Source: a virus (Duplodnaviria; Caudoviricetes). Taken from it: 64,000 nucleotides of DNA. The notes beneath the pieces were generated by a model. That model was not told where the DNA came from. It did no database searches and saw nothing but the letters and a program-made list of their open reading frames with translations. The translations under genes and the position numbers were made by a program. Positions 46,635 to 56,569 of the stretch are shown here, in pieces (positions within the stretch are counted from its first letter, which is position 1; the number at the start of each line of letters is the position of its first letter). The stretch lies in the IMG/VR virus record IMGVR_UViG_3300028410_000746; one strand, given 5' to 3'.

Positions 46635-47618
46635 TTATTCAGCAGCCAACATCGCGGCCGCTCTTGAGACCTTGGCTGCCGGGGTCTCTTCACCCAGCGC
46701 AACCAGAAGCTCCGCGACCTGCTCAAGCACCGCGACGAAGGCTTCGTGCGTCACCAGATCCTCCGCCAACCTGACGTCGAGGGCCACGGACAACTGGAAG
46801 AGCCGGGTGAGGGCGGGCATCATCTGGGGATACGGAACGTGGGCGCGCTTACGGGTATCCTGAGCCGCGAAGACCATCGCCTCGCGCACCAGCGTCCCCT
46901 CATCGTAGAAGTGCATGGAGTCCAGGTAGTTGAGCAGAACCGACATGTACCCCGTATGAAACAGCGAGAGCGCGCCAGCCGGGAACCCTCTCTTCTGAGC
47001 CACCATACGGCTCATCTGGACCACTTCACCCACCAACCGCATGTCCGAGCCAGAACACGCACGCTTGGCCATCCCAGCGGTAAGCGTACCCATGTCCGGA
47101 GCATGAGGCGTGAAGGGCCTCACGAGACGATTGCCTCCAAGGAAGTCACCGTCCAGGTACTCAATCCAGCCAAACGTCTTGGAGGCGTCCGACAGCATCG
47201 AATCCTCCCAGGACTCCTGCGTGAACTTCGAGTGGCTCATGCCGATCCCATTGGTGAATCCCGCGTTGACGTCAATGCGGATCACGCCGTCCACATCATG
47301 CGCCGAAGGCGCCACGGTAAAGGTCGCCCACAAGCGGGGGGCCATCGGCTCCGAGTTGGCGCGCAGTACGATGTAGCGCACCGTGACTGTGTAATGAGCC
47401 GAAGACGACTTCGAGACGTCAACCTCCTCGAAGTCGACCTTGCGACCCAGGGCTTGGTACAGGTAACGCTCATACTCCGCACGCAGTCCTCGGAGGGTAG
47501 AGCCAAGGCTATCGGCTCGTTGGGAGACCTTCTGAGCCTTGGCGCGCTCCTCAGGGCCCAAACCAAGCATGGAAGCCCGGCGCACCGTCTGGACAATCAG
47601 CTCTCTCGTAGACATCAC
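46635..47618 (-). CDS. hypothetical protein
   Basis: 327 aa; coupled to upstream gene. Confidence 0.65.
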   Translation of the reverse strand: MMSTRELIVQTVRRASMLGLGPEERAKAQKVSQRADSLGSTLRGLRAEYERYLYQALGRKVDFEEVDVSKSSSAHYTVTVRYIVLRANSEPMAPRLWATFTVAPSAHDVDGVIRIDVNAGFTNGIGMSHSKFTQESWEDSMLSDASKTFGWIEYLDGDFLGGNRLVRPFTPHAPDMGTLTAGMAKRACSGSDMRLVGEVVQMSRMVAQKRGFPAGALSLFHTGYMSVLLNYLDSMHFYDEGTLVREAMVFAAQDTRKRAHVPYPQMMPALTRLFQLSVALDVRLAEDLVTHEAFVAVLEQVAELLVALGEETPAAKVSRAAAMLAAE

Positions 47619-48445
47619 GCCGACACTCCCGCAACGCCCTTGAGACGCTGACCCAGCAAATAGAGGTGAGTCTCGTGCGTAGACGAGACAGCTCCCAAGA
47701 GATCCTCCATGCCCATCGACATACGATCTCCCAGAGCATCCCGAACCGCATTGATATGCTCGATCACGACCATCTCTGCGATAAAAGATCGCTCCGGGTA
47801 TCCAAGGCGAGCCTGCGACTCCAGGAAGGTGACAAAGCCTGCCACACGTTGAGCCTGATCAACCGAGTCAATCTCCAGGCCATACACGCCCATCAACTTC
47901 TCTGCGAGCGCGTCAATCTCAGGACCTACGGCCTCATACATACGCTCAAAGAGCAGGTGATCCTGATACGACGTGTCTCCCGATGAACCCCAATGCGCGT
48001 TTTGGTGAAGCTGTTGGACCGCCCGCACCAATGCGAGGAGGTCCAACAGCAATCGGTGAGGCTCCTGTTCTGAGACGTTCGCACGTCGGATGTTCTTGGC
48101 CGTGACGTACGCAGCCACCGCCCGATCAATGTCATTGCCCGGTGCCTGCGACAGCTCCTTGGACAGAGAAGCACTCACCCGCGAGGGGAGACCTCGGAAG
48201 GAATACGTCACACCGCTCGACGGAGCCATCGGCCCCTCGTAAGAAGTCACCTGACCTCTGGTCGTGTGCGACTCAACAGCACCTTCGGGCCCTCGAACCT
48301 CCACCACCGCATCAAACGTCGCGGTGAGGGCGTAGGAATGACGACGGTGCAGCTCTCCGAGGTACGTGTACTCAGCATTACGGACCGACACGTCCTGGAT
48401 CGTATACAGCGTGCCCAATTGAGAGCGGGAGATGAAGGTGCGCAT
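47615..48445 (-). CDS. protein with C-terminal Dps/ferritin-like domain
   Basis: LHQNAHW....D..YQDHLLFERMYE...EIDALAEK...HETHLYLL. Confidence 0.75.
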   Translation of the reverse strand: MRTFISRSQLGTLYTIQDVSVRNAEYTYLGELHRRHSYALTATFDAVVEVRGPEGAVESHTTRGQVTSYEGPMAPSSGVTYSFRGLPSRVSASLSKELSQAPGNDIDRAVAAYVTAKNIRRANVSEQEPHRLLLDLLALVRAVQQLHQNAHWGSSGDTSYQDHLLFERMYEAVGPEIDALAEKLMGVYGLEIDSVDQAQRVAGFVTFLESQARLGYPERSFIAEMVVIEHINAVRDALGDRMSMGMEDLLGAVSSTHETHLYLLGQRLKGVAGVSA

Positions 48446-48510
48446 GTGGTTCCTCGCGTAAAATGGTTCTGTACCCTAGAGATTATAAAGGCATCACCAG
48501 CTCCCACGGA

Positions 48511-48539
48511 TTTACGATTGTACCGTACTGTGGTATACA
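48511..48539 (+). promoter_or_regulatory. sigma70-type promoter of the inverted gene
   Basis: TTTACG-N17(ending TGTGG)-TATACA. Confidence 0.55.
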
Positions 48540-48569
48540 GACTCCGTACCCTCAAGAAAGGAGCTACCC

Positions 48570-49337
48570 ATGACAAGAAGCCTCGAAGCCCGACAGGTCT
48601 TTGACCGACTGACACGAAAGAGAGACGAGCTGGAGACGTTGAGGAGAGACGTCCAGCGCAAGGCCTCAGACCTCCACATCCACAATCAAGATCTGGAGGT
48701 CCTCGACCTGTCCACATTCCCCGACCCTCTTGAAAGCGCCCTCAAGGGTCTCCGGGATGCGTGGCGAAAGACATATCCCCGGAGGAAGACGGCGCCCTTT
48801 ACGGAAGCCATCACGCTCCAGGTCAAGGACTTCACACAGACCCAGGGCGCGTTCAACGTATGGCACGAAGGCCTCCAGGCTCAAATCGAGCTACTGGAGG
48901 AGCAGAGAGCCAAAATGGCTCCCCAGTGCCCGGTCCAACACGACCCAGACAATCTGATAGAGCTGGAACCCGGTCGAGCCTCCCACATGCCACCACACAG
49001 CTACCAAGACGGCAGCGACGCCCGCATCCAGGCAGCCGGGTTCGTACGCGCGGGGGTACCTGGAGTTGGAGCCTACCACGCCGGAGGTCACCGACTGGGT
49101 GGAGGACCCACCCGAAGGGTTCGGCACCATACAGGCTACGCCCTCTACGCTGAGGTCGCTGCCGACGATGTGGAGTTGGCCCGGCTCAAGAGAAAAGAGG
49201 TCTCGGTTGTCGAGGTCACCGCCTACCAAATGAAGCAGGGGCACGAGCCTCACAGACCCTTCGAGAGCCCACAGGAGCGCGAGGTGCTCATGCAGGCCGC
49301 GCGTGATGGCTCCTGGGACTTCTCCGACGTACCGTGA
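48570..49337 (+). CDS. hypothetical protein on opposite strand (moron-like)
   Basis: AAGGAG RBS, own promoter, fills the gap between minus-strand genes. Confidence 0.7.
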   Translation: MTRSLEARQVFDRLTRKRDELETLRRDVQRKASDLHIHNQDLEVLDLSTFPDPLESALKGLRDAWRKTYPRRKTAPFTEAITLQVKDFTQTQGAFNVWHEGLQAQIELLEEQRAKMAPQCPVQHDPDNLIELEPGRASHMPPHSYQDGSDARIQAAGFVRAGVPGVGAYHAGGHRLGGGPTRRVRHHTGYALYAEVAADDVELARLKRKEVSVVEVTAYQMKQGHEPHRPFESPQEREVLMQAARDGSWDFSDVP

Positions 49338-49338
49338 G

Positions 49339-49647
49339 TCAGATCGACGTGAGGACGCTCTTGAGGCCTCGCATCTCACTGCTCAAGTTGGCGTACTCCT
49401 CATTGAGTGAGCGAATGCCCTGGTCACGGGCACGATCCGTCGTCGCACGTGCGATCGTGACCTGAGCACGGTAGATCGCACTGGCGATGTCCTTGAGTGC
49501 GTCAGGGATCAACTCCAGGCGCTCCATAGGGTCGCCGTAAGCGATACGCGTATCAGACGCCAGAGAGGCGATCACGGGCTTAAGATGGGGGCGCAGCTCC
49601 GGCTTGGCGTTGCCGAGACGGATAAGACGGGCTTTGAGATCAGACAT
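49339..49647 (-). CDS. small helical protein with N-terminal LIRL..PELR motif
   Basis: MSDLKARLIRLGNAKPELRPHLKPVIASL. Confidence 0.7.
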   Translation of the reverse strand: MSDLKARLIRLGNAKPELRPHLKPVIASLASDTRIAYGDPMERLELIPDALKDIASAIYRAQVTIARATTDRARDQGIRSLNEEYANLSSEMRGLKSVLTSI

Positions 49648-49684
49648 GAGTTGGGCTCCTGAAGTCGGGTTTGACGTACAAAGG

Positions 49685-49726
49685 AGAAGAGCCCCCTCCC
49701 CTCAATCGCGGGTAGGGGGCTCTTCT
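49685..49726 (-). terminator. terminator after major capsid gene
   Basis: AGAAGAGCCCCCT/AGGGGGCTCTTCT inverted repeat. Confidence 0.8.
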
Positions 49727-49763
49727 GTGCGATCAGTTCATGACGGTTAGGTCATGCCTGTGC

Positions 49764-50642
49764 TCAGCGGCGCACGACCAGACGGACAAGTCCGCGCGGG
49801 TTGTGGCAGCCAATGCCCAGGTTCTCGAAGATCGAGAAGCCGATCTGGCGGGCAGCGGGGTTATCCGCCGAGAGAACCGTCAGCTCAGTGCGAACGGGGA
49901 TGCGGCCGAACATCTCGGGCTCGGTGCAGAGGTACACGAAGCCAGCCGGGACGAGACGCGAGACGATGATCTGCGCGCCCCAGAGGGTGGACTGGAGACC
50001 CGTGTTCAGAAGGACAGCCTGCGACTCGATGTCGAGGATCTCGCGACCGAACTTACGGATGTCCGAGTAGTCCTTGGCGTTCATGTAGATGCGCGCCACG
50101 CGAAGGTCATGCTTCTCGATCTCGGAGAACGCGTCCGCGAGGACGGCCTGCGAGATGGGAGCCACGACCTGGAGGTCGGGGTTGACCGTACCGGGAACCG
50201 AATCGAACCCGTTCTGAGCCACAGCGTCGAGGATAGCGAAGACGCGCTCGTCCTCGGCAGCCTGGATCTGGCTCTTACCGAGCTGCTGGGCACGCTCGAT
50301 GAGGTCGAAGCGGCGCTCCTTGATCTGCGTGATCGGGATGGTCGGAAGCGACGCGATCTCGAACAGGGGGATGATCACACGACGAGGCTTCTGGACAGCC
50401 TGGATGTTCTCACCCTCCTCGCCTACGACGTACGCGGTGACATCCGGGTCCTTGTCGTAGATGGGAAGTGCGCCGTCGGGAAGCTGCTCGACGAGGAAGG
50501 TCTTTCGACCGACCGACGAGTAGTCGCGACGAAGGCGGAGGGGCTGAATCATCGAGTTGGCGAGACGCGCGCGTCCTGCCGCAGTCTTGATGAATCGGCC
50601 GATGAGCTGCGACTTGGCAGCGGGGCTGAGCTGGTTGGACAT
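49764..50642 (-). CDS. major capsid protein (HK97 fold, 292 aa)
   Basis: Order protease-scaffold-decoration-MCP-terminator; strong RBS and biased codons; DLIERA..L.K..I...ED..VF..L spine helix; LWGAQIIVS. Confidence 0.85.
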   Translation of the reverse strand: MSNQLSPAAKSQLIGRFIKTAAGRARLANSMIQPLRLRRDYSSVGRKTFLVEQLPDGALPIYDKDPDVTAYVVGEEGENIQAVQKPRRVIIPLFEIASLPTIPITQIKERRFDLIERAQQLGKSQIQAAEDERVFAILDAVAQNGFDSVPGTVNPDLQVVAPISQAVLADAFSEIEKHDLRVARIYMNAKDYSDIRKFGREILDIESQAVLLNTGLQSTLWGAQIIVSRLVPAGFVYLCTEPEMFGRIPVRTELTVLSADNPAARQIGFSIFENLGIGCHNPRGLVRLVVRR

Positions 50643-50701
50643 TTTTTTATGTCTCCTGTTTGGCGTTTCAGTGGGCAATCGGGCCCTGAACCTGCGAAGG
50701 C

Positions 50702-51367
50702 TCAGATGCGCTGGTCGATCACGAGTTCAGCGTGGACAGCATCGGGCACGATCGTGATCACGCCGATTCGAGTAGCTCCCGCGAGAACCTCGTCGCCGTT
50801 GGCGACCTCGTGAATGTCCGCATCCTCACTACCCGCAGCCGAAACCGCCGAGGTGAGGTACCCGTTGACACTCGCGTAAACCCACAGGCCGTTCTCGTAG
50901 ATCAGCGGATCGCCCGCCGCCCCCGAGGTGGTGCCGGCAAGGCCGGGCGCCAGAACAGCGGTCTCGTAGAGACGGAGACCCATGGTGCCCTGAGCCGACA
51001 CGTAGGTGCCCTTGCCCGAAGCCACCGCAGGGGTGTTCTCGTAGGCGCTGCCCGCTGCGTCGTTGACGAAGAGTCCAACGGGACGGATCGCACCAGCGGC
51101 CGCCGCTGCGCCCGTGGGGCCGCCAACGAAGCCGTTACCGGCTGCCGGACGCGTGAACGCTATCGAACCGCCGAGGACGCCGCGCTTGGGCGCGGGGGGA
51201 AGAGTGGTCGAAACCGTACCCGCCGCCGAAACGATGGGGGGGTTCTGCTGCTGGAACGCATCCAAGGTCAGCTCGGCCGCAAACGTGTTGCGGATACCGA
51301 CGTAAAGAATGCGAAGGGCGGAAGACGACTCGGTGAAGTCGCCGCTTGCCTGTCCGGGGAGTGCCAT
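50702..51367 (-). CDS. capsid decoration/cement protein
   Basis: Directly upstream of MCP; Ala/Gly-rich; PVGLFVNDA...SGKGT...YET pattern. Confidence 0.7.
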   Translation of the reverse strand: MALPGQASGDFTESSSALRILYVGIRNTFAAELTLDAFQQQNPPIVSAAGTVSTTLPPAPKRGVLGGSIAFTRPAAGNGFVGGPTGAAAAAGAIRPVGLFVNDAAGSAYENTPAVASGKGTYVSAQGTMGLRLYETAVLAPGLAGTTSGAAGDPLIYENGLWVYASVNGYLTSAVSAAGSEDADIHEVANGDEVLAGATRIGVITIVPDAVHAELVIDQRI

Positions 51368-51450
51368 GATCTTTCTCCTATCGAGAAAAGTGGGTTAGTT
51401 GCTACACTTACGCTATATATGTGAAGTCGGTTACGTACTTCCGGCCGATC

Positions 51451-52869
<1,419 letters not shown>

Positions 52870-53028
52870 TGATGCCTCCTGCGCAGGGGGTTCTTCGGTT
52901 TCGTAAATCCGGTAGCTGACCCCTTGCACAGAGGCAGCTTGCAAACACCGGTGGTACAAGTAGATTACTTAAAAATTTGTTGACTTTTCTCGAAGACCTG
53001 AGATAAACAGGCCTTTAAAGAGGGGTAG

Positions 53029-54552
53029 TCAATTAAGAAAACGAGAGTGGGACAGAGCAGCGGCAGCCTCTGGTCGAGTCGGAACCCTTCCGTGCTGCTT
53101 GGTGAAGGTCTTGAGGTACTCCATATTGGAGCCGTATCGGCAAATACCACCAACCTTGATGAGCGTGGCGTAGAAGTCCATCGGAAGCATCTCACGATCC
53201 GAGCCTTCACGATCAGCAAGGATCAGGGCCCCCACGATGTCCGTGTTGGCGAAGCGAGGCTTGAGGGTCTCGTAGTGCTCGGGCTTGTCCATCGTATAGA
53301 GCAGCGCGAAGATTCGGCGGCGACGGTTGATGTCCGACAGCTCTCGTGCGTAGCGACGAGAGAAGATCGCATACGCCGTACGCGCGATCGAGGAGTGCTG
53401 GATGGAGTCGTTAGGAGCCATCTCCCCCTCAGGCATGTCCTTGGTCTCGGGAGCGTCGCGAAGGTCATCACGCAGTTCGCGCATGGCCTTGTCTTTGACC
53501 TTCTCCTTGAACTGCTCTACCGCCTCGTCGACCGGGTTCTTGGGAGCCTCTTCCTCCTCACCGCCTTCCTCATCCTCATCGAAGCCGAACGCCAGCTTGA
53601 GCTGCGAGTTGACCTCCTCCCTGGCAATACGTGCCGAGAGAGCTGCGGTCTTGCGGAACATGTCCGTCCACTCCGCCTGGATACCAGCAGGAACCGTATA
53701 AGCGTGCTGAATGCGAGCCTCAAGGTCCGTGGTCTCATACCGAGAAGGAGTATGCGTCGTAGGACCTCCGGGAAGCACCGACCTCAACACGGCGCCCTTG
53801 AACGCGGGATTGCCCACCCACGAGCCCTCGATGAAGCTCACCGAGTCTGGATCAGTGTGGTGACCACAAAGCTCCGCCACGACGTGAATCGCTCCATCGG
53901 GACCGACGAACTTGTTGCCCTTCTCATACTTGACGTGACGACACAGCTCCGCGTCATCCTTGGCGCGGTTGCCGCACTTGGTGCACGTCGAATAGGCGAT
54001 GGTGCAGCCCATGGACAGCGTGTTCAGCTCACCGCTCTCAATGCGTGCGATGAGATCGCGGTGCTTGCGGTCCGTCGCCACCAGGATGTCTACGTAAACC
54101 GTATCACCCAGATCACGCGCCACTGCGTCAATGATCTTGCCCTTGGACAGCTCCGGGATCTGGATATGCTCGACGTAGTTCTCGGCTCCCACGAACGTCT
54201 GATACGTCGCCATGAGGAGCTTACGCTCCCAGGCGTCGCCGTTGGCGTTGATGTACTTGGAGCACCCAGGAGTGATCAGATAGTCCGAGTACGGACGGTT
54301 GATGCTCTCACCATCATCGTTCTGGACGCTGGCTCCCGTCTTGACGTTAGGAGCCTCATCCACGTCTACCGATGCGATGATCGTGCAGTGCGTCAGGAGG
54401 TACTTGTCGGGGCTAAACTTGCCCAGAAGGTCCGACGCCGTACGGCTGCGATGCGCGCCCGCAGTCACAGCGTTGGCACGCGTCACGTTCCACTGGTCCA
54501 CGCCAATGATTGGATGCTGTACCACAGCGTTTGCAATACGAATCATGGCCAT
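53029..54552 (-). CDS. prohead (capsid maturation) protease
   Basis: Position; NANGD...EH...GKIIDA...IESGELNTLSMGC...CTKCG..C.H...EGSWVGNPAF, phage serine-protease-like layout with Zn knuckle. Confidence 0.75.
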   Translation of the reverse strand: MAMIRIANAVVQHPIIGVDQWNVTRANAVTAGAHRSRTASDLLGKFSPDKYLLTHCTIIASVDVDEAPNVKTGASVQNDDGESINRPYSDYLITPGCSKYINANGDAWERKLLMATYQTFVGAENYVEHIQIPELSKGKIIDAVARDLGDTVYVDILVATDRKHRDLIARIESGELNTLSMGCTIAYSTCTKCGNRAKDDAELCRHVKYEKGNKFVGPDGAIHVVAELCGHHTDPDSVSFIEGSWVGNPAFKGAVLRSVLPGGPTTHTPSRYETTDLEARIQHAYTVPAGIQAEWTDMFRKTAALSARIAREEVNSQLKLAFGFDEDEEGGEEEEAPKNPVDEAVEQFKEKVKDKAMRELRDDLRDAPETKDMPEGEMAPNDSIQHSSIARTAYAIFSRRYARELSDINRRRRIFALLYTMDKPEHYETLKPRFANTDIVGALILADREGSDREMLPMDFYATLIKVGGICRYGSNMEYLKTFTKQHGRVPTRPEAAAALSHSRFLN

Positions 54553-54555
54553 GGG

Positions 54556-54849
54556 TCACTCCGGGGGGGCTACGTGCGTTAGCAGGGGAAGAAGATGGGG
54601 ACGAAGTTCAGGACGCTCAAACGCCAACTCTACGAGATCCTCGAAGAGCGTAGACGGAGCCTCCGTACGGCTCGGCGCCTGACTCAACAGATTCAACAGC
54701 CTCAACCCCGCACCATGCTGAGCAGAAGAAGGAGAGCCCATGGACGCCTGGAGGCCACGGCCAAAGTAGGCACGCACCGCGTCCGCGAGGGCCCCATCCT
54801 GTCCACCCCGTTCCCGGAGAGCCTCCATGATCGCGTCTTGACTGGTCAT
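54556..54849 (-). CDS. small protein with C-terminal LVELA..RPELRPHLLPLL motif
   Basis: ATGA overlap with upstream ORF. Confidence 0.6.
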   Translation of the reverse strand: MTSQDAIMEALRERGGQDGALADAVRAYFGRGLQASMGSPSSAQHGAGLRLLNLLSQAPSRTEAPSTLFEDLVELAFERPELRPHLLPLLTHVAPPE

Positions 54850-55259
54850 CGTACGTGATCCGAAAGCTTCTGGTTGATGCGCCCGAACAGGTCGTCGAGA
54901 GACTCGTGCTGTCCGGTCTCCCATTTGTGGAACTGAGCATCCTGGAAGCTCGTACCCACGTGAAGCATGGTCTCGATGTCGTAGCCGTCGCCTTTGTGAA
55001 CGATGTCAAACTTGACCCGCCACTGGATTTGGGAGAGCTGCCCCTCCAGGTAACCCGGCTCACGCTTGGTGATCGAAGTCGAGTAGGTACAAGACGTGGC
55101 GAAAGCCTCCGTCAGCTCCGCCAGAAAGTGATTGCGCACGAAGTCGAAGATGGACACGTCCAACGTCGACAACCCCGCTCGTTTGAGCACAGGACCCAAC
55201 GCGTCCCGGAGACCGGGGCGCGCCAAGGCGAGTCCAATGAGTTGTTCATGCAGCGCCAT
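54846..55259 (-). CDS. small protein with N-terminal LIGLA..RPGLR motif
   Basis: MALHEQLIGLALARPGLRDALGPVL. Confidence 0.65.
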   Translation of the reverse strand: MALHEQLIGLALARPGLRDALGPVLKRAGLSTLDVSIFDFVRNHFLAELTEAFATSCTYSTSITKREPGYLEGQLSQIQWRVKFDIVHKGDGYDIETMLHVGTSFQDAQFHKWETGQHESLDDLFGRINQKLSDHVR

Positions 55260-55285
55260 ATGGTAGGCCTTTCGAGAGTCTGAAC

Positions 55286-56143
55286 TCAGATCCAGTCGTT
55301 GAGGACCGAATTCGAGTCGCTGAAGCTAAGCCCGTCGTCCTCGCAGTCCCCGGTATCCGACGCTGGGTCATTCGGGTCTACGAGATCACACGGCTGAATC
55401 AGAAACAGGCACTCGGGGCACGCATACAACTTGGTGCGCTTTTGGTAGATGGTGCGACCCATCTGAGTCTTGCACCTGGGACATCCCAGATTGCCAGACT
55501 CACGCTCGGCCTGGGTCGTCACGTACTGACGCCCCTTCTGCTTCCAGTAGATGGCCACGCGTCGAGACGGCTCGTAAACAAACGAAATCGCCTCACGAAC
55601 AGGACCATCTCCCAGAGTGTCGGAGAACGTCGCCGCCATCTTGAGGTACGCGTCCATCTCCTGGATGCCAGCCTCGCGCATGCGCCAAGCGGTCTCCTTG
55701 AGATGAGCCGTATGATTGGAGTACGCACTGGCCACGCGCTCAATCGGCTCAGTCCCATAACCACCCTTGCGACGGTCATAAGAATCGAGGAAGTCGCCCG
55801 CTACTGCCGGGCTCTTGTTGACGCGTACCAGGAGGTCTGGGCTCATCCGATCAGTTCCCCACGGGAACGCAACGTCAACGAAGCCGATGCCCTTGAGCAC
55901 CGCTTCTACGCGACCTTCGAGGAAGTTAGCGAACTCCTTTCCCCGCACCGCGTCCACCTTGCGCACGAACTCACCCACAGTAAACTGGGCTGCGAGCGCT
56001 TGGTGGTCGATGTAGCTATTCTTGTGGTGACTCATTAGAGGCCCCTCCTGATCACCAGTTGCGCCAATCGGTGTCCGCGTCCGAGGCATCCATCTCCCAC
56101 CAGTTGTCCGAGGAATCAACCTCGTTGCTGGAGTCCTCGCCAC
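55286..56143 (-). CDS. hypothetical protein with C-terminal Zn ribbon
   Basis: CPRCK...CPECL; likely start MSHHK at 56035. Confidence 0.7.
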   Translation of the reverse strand: MARTPATRLIPRTTGGRWMPRTRTPIGATGDQEGPLMSHHKNSYIDHQALAAQFTVGEFVRKVDAVRGKEFANFLEGRVEAVLKGIGFVDVAFPWGTDRMSPDLLVRVNKSPAVAGDFLDSYDRRKGGYGTEPIERVASAYSNHTAHLKETAWRMREAGIQEMDAYLKMAATFSDTLGDGPVREAISFVYEPSRRVAIYWKQKGRQYVTTQAERESGNLGCPRCKTQMGRTIYQKRTKLYACPECLFLIQPCDLVDPNDPASDTGDCEDDGLSFSDSNSVLNDWI

Positions 56144-56486
56144 CGGGGGTCGAGTTGCCGGGCGTCAGCTCCGGGTGGTCAATGAGCTGGTCGAACGTGT
56201 CGTCGCGGAAGTGATCCATGTAGGGCTCATCCGAGTCCATCTGGTTGTCCACGGGGCCCGCGTCGTCGAACGTGGACATGTAGTCCTCGTCCTTCTCGTG
56301 CTCGACCACATCAGCGTCACGACCGACCATGCGCTCAAGGCGATCCGACGACTGGTCCAGGGAGAGGGCGATCTCATACCCCTGAGCTGCCGTCATCCCG
56401 TACTGCGCGGGGTTCGACTGCACGGCGGTCGCCATACGGTCCATGTACTGCGTCAAGCGCTTAACGTCGGCCTTCTTGATGAACAT
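56052..56486 (-). CDS. small acidic head-module protein
   Basis: GAGG RBS; D/E-rich. Confidence 0.7.
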   Translation of the reverse strand: MFIKKADVKRLTQYMDRMATAVQSNPAQYGMTAAQGYEIALSLDQSSDRLERMVGRDADVVEHEKDEDYMSTFDDAGPVDNQMDSDEPYMDHFRDDTFDQLIDHPELTPGNSTPGGEDSSNEVDSSDNWWEMDASDADTDWRNW

Positions 56487-56569
56487 TTCTTACCTCTTCG
56501 GAGGGTGTTAGTGGCGGCGACACACCTGAGGCGTGCTCCCCGACCGGAAGTATCAAAGGATTATTACTG

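Noticed and set aside
49764-50642. Cellular encapsulin operon
   Set aside because: Flanked by terminase, portal, protease, scaffold and tail sheath, so it is a phage MCP.
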